From Candidatus Latescibacterota bacterium (lineage in GTDB: Bacteria > Latescibacterota > UBA2968 > UBA8231), in assembly GCA_965243025.1 (NCBI GenBank), contig CBDETY010000003.1, positions 3,072,001-3,136,000 on the forward strand: a DNA stretch of 64,000 nt, given 5' to 3'. The notes under the pieces were generated by a model. The model was not told where the DNA came from and ran no database searches. It saw only the letters and a program-made list of their open reading frames with translations. Shown piece after piece: positions 1 to 8,811 of this stretch. The translations under genes were made by a program, and so were the position numbers. How positions within the stretch are numbered: the stretch's first letter is position 1; every line of letters starts with the position of its first letter.

Positions 1-57
1 GGTCGGGGTTGTCGGGACGGGAGCCGCGCAGCCTGGCTTGTTATACGCCGGGCGTGA
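1..57 (-). mobile_element. attC-like site downstream of the GNAT cassette (truncated by window edge)
   Basis: Minus-strand GTATAAC (40-46) is complementary to GTTATAC at the cassette start (641-647); complementarity extends to 17/18 nt. Confidence 0.65.
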
Positions 58-95
58 CGGGGTGGAAGGGTGTCGGGGGGATTTGCCCACGAGAG

Positions 96-611
96 CTACT
101 CGCTTAGGTCGACCCAGTATCTCTTGTACTTAGTTCTTGTGTCTACATCCCGAAGTTCGTCTTCCAGGATTCCCCCGTTTGCTTCGATCACCCTGATAGA
201 TGCACCGTTAACTGAGTCCGTCGTTACAAGTACCCTTGTGACTCGCATGTCCTTTGCTTCGCGCAGAGCTGCCGCCAGCATGGCCTTCCCGTATCCTTTA
301 CCTCTCGCAGATGGCTTGACGTAGTAGCCGATGTGTCCGCCTTTATGCTTGAGCTCGGGTGTCAAGGAGTGCCGCAGTCGACACATCCCGACGGGACTGC
401 CGTCGTCGTCCAAGAACCAGTAAGTGGACTGCGCCACCAATCCTGGCCTCAGTCCTTTCCCTTCAGCGGAATCAACGAGACGCTGCAGGTACTCGCCCAG
501 TTCCCCTTTGACATAGTCCGTTCCTCCGAACCCGCTTTCTCCGTTGCCAACCTCCTCGAGGAACGCATCAAGGCCTTTGGGTGGGTTCGGGGAGGCTTTG
601 ACTAGCTTCAT
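96..611 (-). CDS. GNAT family N-acetyltransferase (putative gene cassette)
   Basis: Acetyl-CoA motif 'GHIGYYVKPSARGKGYG' and 'N.ASIRVIEANGG'; bounded by the 17/18 inverted repeat at 40-57 and 630-647. Confidence 0.9.
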   Translation of the reverse strand: MKLVKASPNPPKGLDAFLEEVGNGESGFGGTDYVKGELGEYLQRLVDSAEGKGLRPGLVAQSTYWFLDDDGSPVGMCRLRHSLTPELKHKGGHIGYYVKPSARGKGYGKAMLAAALREAKDMRVTRVLVTTDSVNGASIRVIEANGGILEDELRDVDTRTKYKRYWVDLSE

Positions 612-640
612 CAGACTCTTTCCTCATCCTCACGCCTGGC

Positions 641-729
641 GTATAACATTATGCCGGTTTGCGAACCCGCGAAGCGGGTTCCGGAGGCCAAGGCGCGAAT
701 GCGCCGCAGCGCAAAACGTGCTGATATAT
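641..729 (-). mobile_element. attC-like recombination site with branched internal hairpins
   Basis: Minus strand ATATATC-agcacgttttgcg...cgcaaaccggcataat-GTTATAC; internal hairpins aacccgc/gcgggtt and ggcgc/gcgcc; homologous copy at 14702-14793. Confidence 0.7.
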
Positions 730-765
730 GACGTTGGATCCAATGATTCAAACGGAAAACAATGT

Positions 766-1362
766 TTAAGGAACGCAAAACCACCATTGAGGGGACGAAG
801 CAACAATTTCTGCCATCTTGGAATAGCCAATACTTCTCGGATGAGACCCGTCATTTTCGGAGACCTCCCGCGTATAAGCCTCATCCCAACAGAGGGCAGA
901 AAAGAGATCGATGTACGGAACATTGAGCGATTGAGCCTCTATGGTGAAGGCACGCGAGAGTTCCTCAACTCTGTCATTTTGTTCGTCATCGAGTACGGGC
1001 GGAGGCCCCACCACCAACACATTATACCTTTTGGCTTCTTTCAGCATTGATCTGACGTTTGTGCAGGAATCCTCTGGCTCTACACGCACCCTTCCATTCT
1101 CTATTGCCGTATCGTTTACGCCACATGAGATAACCACCCTACCATCGCAGAAATCAGGCAGCCGTAAGACGCATTCGCTCTCCCAACGAAGTAGGATGTC
1201 GCTGCTCGTGTCTCGACGAATTCCAAGGTTGTAGTAGGTGACGGGCGTACCACTGGTGCTTGCTCTGGCACACAATCGCCCTGCCCAGCCAAGGGCATCC
1301 TCATCACCGGTACCATTGACGAACGAGTCACCAATAAAGCAAATCCTGATATCCTGGGTCAC
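766..1362 (-). CDS. SGNH/GDSL-family lipase/acylhydrolase (putative gene cassette)
   Basis: GDS block 'FIGDSF', 'NLGIRR', 'GVND', catalytic 'DGSHP'; lower GC; bounded by 15/16 inverted repeats at 723-738 and 1383-1398. Confidence 0.9.
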   Translation of the reverse strand: MTQDIRICFIGDSFVNGTGDEDALGWAGRLCARASTSGTPVTYYNLGIRRDTSSDILLRWESECVLRLPDFCDGRVVISCGVNDTAIENGRVRVEPEDSCTNVRSMLKEAKRYNVLVVGPPPVLDDEQNDRVEELSRAFTIEAQSLNVPYIDLFSALCWDEAYTREVSENDGSHPRSIGYSKMAEIVASSPQWWFCVP

Positions 1363-1400
1363 GCGTGTTCAATCCCCTAAAGTCCAATGTCATATATCTG

Positions 1401-1429
1401 ATTACACCCGAACATTTGGTTAGGGTAAT
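1401..1429 (-). mobile_element. attI-like simple site
   Basis: Minus strand CCCTAAC-CAAAT-GTTCGGG has the same L-5bp-R layout as attI1 (CCCTAAA-ACAAA-GTTAGGC); it lies at the head of the cassette array. Confidence 0.5.
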
Positions 1430-1664
1430 GCACCACAGGGTGTTATTTATCTGAAACGATAGTACGTTCCGGGGTGAACCCTCGCAACTTTTCCCCGCTC
1501 GGGGATTTTCCCTAACCCGTTGCGATTGAGACACATAGCCCGTTCTCCGATCCCTGATGGGGACTGACACGGTTTCTCTTACGGCAGGGGCTAACCCGTG
1601 CCTTTGAAGCCGTCATGGGTGTTCGGAGCATCATCTTGACCAGCCCGACGACGAGGGCGCAAGC

Positions 1665-1890
1665 TTGGACCGGGTCGAATCCGAGTTTTCCTTGGGGAGG
1701 GGGACGCCAAGAAAGCGCCGAAGTCCTACATGGGCTACTGCCAGAGATTCCTTCTGTGGAAACGGCTCCTCGACCGGGGAGTGAACGGCTCCGCCTTCAA
1801 CAGCGCAGCGTTCTAAGCTTCTCTACGGAGAGTCTGAAAACAGCCCGTCCCCTTGGAGGGACTGCGCATGCATTCGCTTCCAGTTCTTGC
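1665..1890 (+). pseudogene. Decayed tyrosine recombinase (integron-integrase-like N-terminal SAM domain)
   Basis: Frame-hopping translation gives LDRVESEFSL / AKKAPKSYMGYCQRFLLW..LLDRGVNGSAFN / KLLYGE / KQPVPLEGLRMHSLPVL, resembling 'LRGYSxKTxKxYxxxxxRF...LLxxGxSxSxxNQxxSALKFLY...LPxVL'; divergent from the cassettes. Confidence 0.5.
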
Positions 1891-2209
1891 CGTCCCTGAT
1901 CTTAGAGGGGAGTCTCCGAGGAGGATTACCCGGCATTTGAGCAGGCGGTGGTCGAAGAGTGCCTCGCGGGATTCCGGCGCGGAGGAGGAGTTTCTCGGCG
2001 ATTTCACCGAAACCTGAGAACCTACCGAATCGATGGGAACACCCTGCCGGTCACCACCCTGGCAAACGGCGAGGTCGGCACCAATAAACTGATTGCCCCA
2101 TCATTCGTCCACGGCCATCGCCCGAACCACTTGGAGTATCCTGAAGGCGGCGCATTTTATGCCGGAATAAAACAGGCATCAAGAAGGCAAGGCCATCAGA
2201 TGATGAAGT

Positions 2210-2234
2210 GAAATGTCCCAATTTGGGACATTTC
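2210..2234. promoter_or_regulatory. Perfect 12-bp-arm palindrome (operator/UAS-like)
   Basis: GAAATGTCCCAA-T-TTGGGACATTTC; a related weaker palindrome GTCCAA-TT-TTGGAC is at 2628-2641. Confidence 0.4.
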
Positions 2235-3260
2235 CTGATTACAGCCCTGGGGGATCAGGATAGTCCCGATGGGCGCATTCCGTTCTCGATCCGAGGGGTT
2301 TTCTGATCCACGGGGCAGGTTCCCAAGGAGAGTTTGACCTGCTTCCGTTTCCGGAAAACCTGTGCAGCTTCACCTGAGATCCGGCAAAACGCCCGATCCA
2401 AAAGGAACCCTCAGATCGCTCGTTTCAATGACCCCCCTGCCCAAAACCCAGCTAGAAGAAATCCTCCTCGCGATGCTCTTGCCGTCGAGAAGCCCTCACT
2501 CCGTCGTATCTTTGAAGGTAGCATTTCAGGAATTCGGCTTGGTTGCGGGATTACCTCCGCGTCCTCGTAGTTCCGCTTGGGGAGCCTGCCGTGGGGGATC
2601 CTGAATGCTCGGCGGCGGGGATTGGATGTCCAATTTTGGACGTATCATGTAGCGGCTTCACTACCTCATCAGATCCCGCACCTTCCTCGGGAGGACCGAC
2701 CAGAGCGCCTTTCCCGTAAAGGCGCCGCACCGAGATAAACGGGAAAAGACTGAAGGCGTGCGGGATTACCTCCGCCGGGAACCGTTGCAGAAGCGAATGT
2801 CTTTCTGGCAAGCAGCCGGCACCTCCACGCGTAGTTCCGGAATCATTGTCACCGAGCCGGCATCCCGGATTTCCCGGCTAAACAGGAAGGACCTGGATGT
2901 CCTTCCCTCGGTTTTCTCTTCTCTATTTATATGGTTATACCAGATTTCCATTTCCGCAAAATCGCGCTTCGGATCAGGCATCTACCGTCGCAATGTGCAG
3001 GGGACTTGAGCCGACCTTCAATACCGTCCGTTTCCCACGTGGGAAAAACCCTTCTGCTGTGAGACCCTGCATCATCCATCGATAGGCGGTGCTCCTGGTG
3101 ATGCCGAGAACGGATTTCCAATGAACTCTCCTCCCCCGGGCGCTTCCCGACACCGCGACGGTCGCATTGTTGTCGCCCGCGACAGTTCCGACGCGGTCCG
3201 CACGATCAACCGACAGATAGGACCATTGGCAATCTTGCCCGGGCAACTAACCCCGATGCA

Positions 3261-4082
3261 ATGCCGGCGACCAAGGTGACCGACACGGTAGCCGTCTACG
3301 ACCTCGACGCCCGCTCCTTCCACTCTATCCTCGTGCACCGTCTCGACTACCGGCCACAACCCGCACCGGCCGTCGGCAACGTGGTCGTCTTCTCGGAACC
3401 GGCCTACGCCCCTTGTCGAGCTGAGAAGCTCCAGCTCGCCACCCCCGCCTACTACCGCGATCACGAAGGTCTTGAGCCCGGAATCCGCGACCATCACGAC
3501 GGCACCCTCACCCGGGACGGTACGCGGTGGGCAAGCTCGATCATGGGTGGGACCGTGAGCGCCCGCCTTTCGTTTGCCTCCTCAAGCGAACCCTGGGTCT
3601 ACTGCGCCTCCCATTACCGCACCGACAGGGAGCTTCGCCGTCTGCGGAGCGAATTCGGTGGCAAGTACGGCTATTCGTCGGCTACCTGGATAGAGGATGC
3701 CGATGCCTTCGCCGCATGGCTCGGCGTCGACTTCGCTCTGGGCCTCGACAAGACCGCCGATGTCTCGCTCGGTCCCATTGACGAGATCGGCTACGCACGC
3801 AGCAGCTACACGACGGATTTGTGGGATGGATCCCGTCCCGTCGACACCTTCGTTCACGTCTACCACGGTCAGGTCAACTACCAGGACGTGTCTGGCCGCC
3901 TCGACAGGCAGGAACAATGGTTCCACCCGAACGCCGGTCCCATGGCATGGTTTACCAAGAAGAATTCGTTCAGGAACCAGAGCGAGTACCGCTTCGCGGT
4001 CACGACGCCTGGCACTCCGGTGCAGCCGAAACACTACGTCGCCGTGTCGCCGGAATTGAGCGCCCTGACCTCCGCCCTGTGA
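3261..4082 (+). CDS. Hypothetical protein
   Basis: 273-aa ORF with coding-like composition; 'WVYCAS' and 'WFTKKNSFRNQSEYRF' motifs. Confidence 0.75.
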   Translation: MPATKVTDTVAVYDLDARSFHSILVHRLDYRPQPAPAVGNVVVFSEPAYAPCRAEKLQLATPAYYRDHEGLEPGIRDHHDGTLTRDGTRWASSIMGGTVSARLSFASSSEPWVYCASHYRTDRELRRLRSEFGGKYGYSSATWIEDADAFAAWLGVDFALGLDKTADVSLGPIDEIGYARSSYTTDLWDGSRPVDTFVHVYHGQVNYQDVSGRLDRQEQWFHPNAGPMAWFTKKNSFRNQSEYRFAVTTPGTPVQPKHYVAVSPELSALTSAL

Positions 4083-4479
4083 TTTTCCCCTGGAAGCAGT
4101 GCCCCCCTCGGGGGATCAGGCACCGGAGGTCTCGACCCGCGTCCCGTTGCTCCCGACCCCCAGTGCCAATCTGGCACGCCTCCGGTCTCAGAACAGTCTG
4201 TTGTCGTCATGCCAAGTGCATTGATAAACAAGGAGTTAGAGCCCCGATGTTGAGGTCATATTCACCGAGATCGGGGTAGACGCCCTCTCCAGATTGCCTG
4301 GTCTTCTGCGCCAGATCCTGTGAACTTGCCAGCCAGCCGACATCCCGATTTGCGACAAAACTGTAGGGAAACCACACTCTATTCATCTTGCTGACTTTTC
4401 ATAACATTCGATGTAATTCCCTTTGCAATCGGGGTGCAGGGTTTCGACTCTGGAAGTACGGCCATGGGGGGAGGAGGGG

Positions 4480-4679
4480 GGGAGCTGGACTTGGCGGAGT
4501 GGATCCCGGAAGCCATGAAATACTCTGACTATGGAGTTTTCTTCGACATCAGGGAATTTCGGGCGGACTACTTTCTCGACGGGATGCTGCTGCCCGCCAA
4601 CGCGGTCGAAACGGGGGAAAGCAGCGCTGTCGAGTCGGTTTCCTGGGGGCGGATCAAGGCCTCCCTGGAGATGGAGTAG
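4480..4679 (+). pseudogene. Orphan C-terminal fragment of the secreted 'SWGRIK' paralog family
   Basis: ADYFLDGMLLPAN...SAVESVSWGRIKASLEME is nearly identical to the C-termini of 60336-61307 and 61444-62454; the N-terminal ~250 aa are absent. Confidence 0.75.
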
Positions 4680-4706
4680 CCGGCGTACTGGGCGTACCTC
4701 ACCATT

Positions 4707-4735
4707 CCCGTCGAGTCTCGACGGGCTCATCTTTT
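4707..4735 (+). terminator. Possible intrinsic terminator
   Basis: Inverted repeat cccgtcgag-t-ctcgacggg with a T-tract shortly after, downstream of the 4679 stop. Confidence 0.35.
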
Positions 4736-4803
4736 TAGAGCGTGGTTACCGTACCGGCTCCCTCCCCCGGGTCACGACGCACCGCCGCAGATCGTGGACA
4801 CGC

Positions 4804-6110
4804 ATGAAACCGAAACCGTATGTCAGCGTCACCCTCGAAGGCCCGGACGACGGCGGCGACTTCGGCCGCAACACCCCGGGCACGAGAACGGGCGGCATCC
4901 AGGAAGCCCTCGACTACGCCCACGCCCACTCGCGGGACGTCTGGATCTGGGGCGGCCGCGGCGGCGTCCACGACGGCGTGGGATCGTCCCACAACATCTA
5001 CACCCTCGAGGAGACCCTGCGCGTCCCCTGGAGCCAGGACTTCCGCCTCGACGGGGGAAACTACCTGCTGTCCTACACCGGGGAGAGCGGGCACGCCATC
5101 CATTTCGACAGCCAGATGAACTGCCGCTACAAGTTCGGCCTCGTCAGCTCCGGCTCCCCCGACGCGGTGGTGGCGATCCGGCCGGAGAACCCCGGCCCCG
5201 ACGACTTCACCTGCGTCACCGCGTCGGTCTTCGACTTCGCCTGCGCCGTCTCCAGCCACCCCGAGGGGACCGGCATCCTCCTCGACTCGTCGCACGGCCC
5301 CGTCGTCAACAGCAAGCTCTTCGCCGAGGAGACGAACACGCGCGGCACCGGCCTGCACCTCAGCGACGGCAACGGCAGGGGCCACAACCTCGGCAACAAC
5401 ACCATCGAGATCCTCTACGGAAACCAGTACCACGCGACCGGGGACTGCGCCGGCCTGCGCTTCGGCGACCCGGAGTCGGACAAGATCCGGCACAACAGGC
5501 TCGCCCTCTCCTTCCACGCGCCGCGGGCGGCGCACTTCGACGAGGAGACGCGGCGCTACGTCACCGTGGAGGACTTCGTCGCGGACAATGCTTTCGGAGC
5601 GGTGATCAGCGCCCAGCGAAACCTGTTGACCCTGTCCTGCTTCGGCCCCCGCCGGCCCGGGTGCGACGTCGTCTTCGAGAAGGGGGCGCGGGACAACACC
5701 GTCGTGGCCCTCAGCCTGCCCAACGGGGTCACCAACAGGGCGGAGGTGCCATCGAACCGGATCCTCTGCAACTGGCCGGCCGGGTTCTCGGTGGAGACGC
5801 CGGAGGTTCCGCCCTCGGGAGTTCCGGTTGTCAACAGGAGTTCGCTATCGGTGCAGGTCCTCATCGTCGATCCGGGAGAGGTGCGCTCCTGGACGATCGC
5901 CGACTGCGGCAGCACGGCCCCGCTGGCTCCCTTCAACCTGAGCCTGGCGGACAGCCACGGGCCGCGGCCGGCGGAGCCGGGGCCGGAGCGGGAGGCGGGG
6001 TCACAGACGATTAGGGGTCGGCTGTACGCGGGCAGGTGATTCTGCTGGAGCCTGGGGACGCGGTCTCGTTCGTTTACGACGCGCCCCCGGTGTGGAGGTG
6101 GAAGGGGTGA
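4804..6110 (+). CDS. Hypothetical protein, possibly beta-helix/pectin-lyase-like, with a frameshift near the 3' end
   Basis: 'TGGIQEALDYA' N-terminus; the ORF stops at 6039 but a shifted frame continues QVILLEPGDAVSFVYDAPPVWRWKG* to 6110. Confidence 0.65.
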
Positions 6111-6239
6111 GCAGGGCGGTTTTCCAGTCCGGCCTGCTTGGGGGGCGCGGTTTCTTACCTGTTGATCTTTCTCAGCCGTCAGGTATTCAAGGGGGCCGCG
6201 ACATGCCCTCCGGTCATGCCAAGTGCCGTAGGAATACCG

Positions 6240-7166
6240 ATGGCGGAATTCGACACCGTTTCCAAATACCTGGTTCAGACCTATCCCGGCGACATCGCCC
6301 GCTTCACCCTCGAACGGGAGGACGTCGAAGTTCTCGAGCTGCTCGAAACCGAACAGACCACCCTCGACGCGCGCCGTCCCGACAGCCTGCTGCGCGTGCG
6401 CCTGGGCGGCGAGGAAGTTGTGGTCCATACGGAATTTCAAACCACCGGCAGCACCCGCCCGCCCATGCCTCAGCGCATGGCCGGCTATATCTGGCGCATC
6501 ATCGAGCAGTACGGCCTTCCGGTCCGCTCCAGCGTCGTCTACCTGCGCCCGCAGGCCGGCCGCAACGATCCGGGATACTATCTGCGGGCGCGTCCCGGCC
6601 ACCGGGTCTTCTTCGAGTACAGGGTGATCCGGCTGAGCCAGATGGAGGGGCAACCGATTCTGGAGGCCGGTCCTGCGGGGCTGATTCCGTTCGCGCCTCT
6701 GATGGCACACCCGGCGGAGGTGGCCGCGGATGCGTGGCTGCATCAGTGCGTGCAGGCGGTCCATGCGCTGCCGATGGACCGGTCCGCCCGAAGCGACCTG
6801 CTCTCCGGCCTGTCCATTATCAGCGGCCTGGTTTACGGGTCCGAGACCATTTCTGACATTATCTCCAGTGAGGGCATCATGGACATCATGCGCGAATCAT
6901 CCTTCGGCCGACTCCTCGCCCGGGAATGGAAAAAGGAAGGCCTCGAGGAAGGCAGGGAGGAAGGCAGGGAGCAAGGCCTCGAGCAAGGGCTTCGGGAAAG
7001 CATCCGCGACGTGCTGGAAATCCGCTTTGCCTTGGGCGCGCCCCACCCTCTGGCCGACCGCCTCGAGGCCATCGGCGACCGGCACCGCCTCAAGCAATTG
7101 CTCCGGGCCGCGATCCAGGTGGACAGCCTGGAGGAATTCCGGCACCTCGCAGAGGCCGGGCAATAG
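6240..7166 (+). CDS. Rpn/YhgA-like PD-(D/E)XK nuclease (recombination-promoting nuclease/putative transposase)
   Basis: 'RRPDSLL...VHTEFQT...MPQRMAGY', 'PVRSSVVYL', C-terminal EGLEEGREEGREQGLEQG repeats. Confidence 0.88.
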   Translation: MAEFDTVSKYLVQTYPGDIARFTLEREDVEVLELLETEQTTLDARRPDSLLRVRLGGEEVVVHTEFQTTGSTRPPMPQRMAGYIWRIIEQYGLPVRSSVVYLRPQAGRNDPGYYLRARPGHRVFFEYRVIRLSQMEGQPILEAGPAGLIPFAPLMAHPAEVAADAWLHQCVQAVHALPMDRSARSDLLSGLSIISGLVYGSETISDIISSEGIMDIMRESSFGRLLAREWKKEGLEEGREEGREQGLEQGLRESIRDVLEIRFALGAPHPLADRLEAIGDRHRLKQLLRAAIQVDSLEEFRHLAEAGQ

Positions 7167-7426
7167 AAAACTCCCTTCCCCAGTCTCGAAGTTTACCGAC
7201 TTGGGGAGGAATACTGCCTGAAGCAGAGTTGGGCTGGCCCGTCTGCTCCTGCCTGGTCGGTAGCCGGCACTCGCCGACGCAGGGCCGCGCTAATACACAA
7301 GGCCGCCGGGTGTCATTGCCAGGCGGCAAACCCTGCCAACTCTTCCTCGGCATTGGGGGCCAACCTCGGTTCGGCAATGCTTTTTCAAATCGATGTTCCC
7401 CGCACATCGATGATTGAAGAAGGGCT

Positions 7427-7768
7427 TCACGCGACCTGTTGCGGCGTCGCAGTCAAGGAAACATCCAGGCTCACCCGTCCGTAAGGAACCCTCGGGATCA
7501 CCGTTCCGACATCGTCTTGAGCGTCCGCGAGAGATTCGACTTGTTGCGCCCTGCGAGCTCCGCAAGCTCGGTAAGCGAATCCGGTTTCTCACGGGCGATC
7601 AGACCAAGCAGCTCGCGATTGGGCAGAGAGCACCTTCGCGAAGCTCTCGATGGACGTAAACCAGACCGTCGGCTCGCCCCTGGCGGGCTTGTGTTCCCCG
7701 CGGGCGATCGCCATCGTGCGCGCCTTCATCCGGTCGTAGCCGACAATGCCGATTCTCAGCGTCGTCAT
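7427..7768 (-). pseudogene. HTH antitoxin-like regulator (DUF6516 partner type), frameshifted and internally deleted
   Basis: MTTLRIGIVGYDRMKARTMAIARGE...VWFTSIESFAKVLS, frameshift, NRELLGLIAREKPDSLTELAELAGRNKSNLSRTLKTM, then a tail PRVPYGRVSLDV in another frame. Confidence 0.7.
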
Positions 7769-8090
7769 GGGATCGATCCCCTTTCTTTCAGCACCGCGTC
7801 CACTGCGTTCCAGAATCTTCCAACAATGTCGCGGCATCCTTGTAGTGGTATGGTCCGACTGTATGCAGCCGGTGCCGATGGTCCCCCCCGCGACGCCTGC
7901 GCGTTCCCGGACCCCGTCGCCCCGCACCGGGTGCGCGTTGTCGAAACCGACCAGTCCCGCGCCATCCGGGCGTGCAGCTTCAGCGAGTAGCTGAGCCCAT
8001 GCGGCCGTTCCGGAGTGACTTCGACTCGCACCACCACGAACTTCACCCAGTGTCTGCTTTGTCCACGAACAGCGTCTGACCGTGAGACCT
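7765..8090 (-). pseudogene. DUF6516-type putative toxin, frameshifted
   Basis: 'VKFVVVRVEVTPERPHGLSYSL.LH', 'RLVGFDNAH', 'FWNAVDAVLKERG' split across frames; ATGA overlap with the antitoxin. Confidence 0.65.
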
Positions 8091-8149
8091 AATCAGACCC
8101 ATTTTGTGTTCGTGGAGACTACCCCCGGATCAGGGAAAAGGGAGGCGCA

Positions 8150-8337
8150 ATGAATTACCGAGTCTTGGTGGAAGTAGATGAAGACGGCGTTTTCGTCGCC
8201 GAGGTTCCCTCCCTGCCGGTTGCGTTTCTCAGGGCGCTTCACGAGACGAAGCACTTACCAACGTCCGAGAGGCCATTTCCCTATACATTGAAAGTCTCGA
8301 GGAGCGAAGCGAGCAGGTGCCGCCGCCAATCAGTTAA
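8150..8337 (+). pseudogene. hicB: HicB-family antitoxin, frameshifted
   Basis: GGAGG RBS; MNYRVLVEVDEDGVFVAEVPSLP, then shifted GCVSQGASRDEALTNVREAISLYIESL. Confidence 0.75.
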
Positions 8338-8545
8338 TTTTGCCCGGTCCTTTTCCGGCCTCCAAAAACGATCGAAGAGCATTGTTTACAGCCTCGTCCG
8401 TGGGAAATGCTTTCGCAACGTCTGGGTGGAGTAGAACCAAATTGGTCCCTGACCGAAAAGATTCCAAATACTTACCCCGGACACCAGAACCGAGGTCTCC
8501 ACGGCGATATTCTGGACGCAGCTCGTCTGGATCAGCCTTCTTCAT
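8330..8545 (-). CDS. BrnA-like antitoxin
   Basis: 'DELRPEY...VRGKY...LVLLHPDVAKAFPTDEAVNNALR'; directly follows a BrnT remnant. Confidence 0.7.
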   Translation of the reverse strand: MKKADPDELRPEYRRGDLGSGVRGKYLESFRSGTNLVLLHPDVAKAFPTDEAVNNALRSFLEAGKGPGKIN

Positions 8546-8811
8546 AAATTCTCCTTTCCTGACGCGTCATTAAACGCGCACTGATTATCCTCGTTATTCC
8601 GGCTCGTTGGGTATGCGATATGACTGATTCAATCTCGACAGGCCAAAAGTAAGGTAACGTTCTTCATCCAATGAAAACGTCCCGCCCTGGCTGCAGCGGG
8701 AACTGCGCGAGCTGACCCAGCAGCTCGGGTTGCTCGAGGGGGTTTGAAGGAGAGGGGGCCACTGTTTTTGGGGACCCGCTGGCAATAACCTTCTCCGATC
8801 CCGACCACTCA
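8532..8811 (-). pseudogene. BrnT-family toxin remnant split by an inversion
   Basis: Minus strand: SLDEERYLTFGLS...RIISARLMTRQERRIYEEG*; plus strand 8758-8811: ATVFGDPLAITFSDPDHS. Confidence 0.7.

Noticed and set aside
641-662. Minus-strand 'ccggcataatgttatac' resembles the XerC arm of a dif site
   Set aside because: No XerD arm (TTATGTTAAAT) at the right spacing; better explained as an attC end
4163-4190. TGGCACG as a sigma-54 promoter
   Set aside because: No TTGC at the -12 position
4430-4450. GGGGTGCAGGGTTTCGAC resembles a tmRNA 5' end
   Set aside because: No matching T-arm/acceptor 3' end within the expected distance; the downstream sequence is a protein-coding remnant
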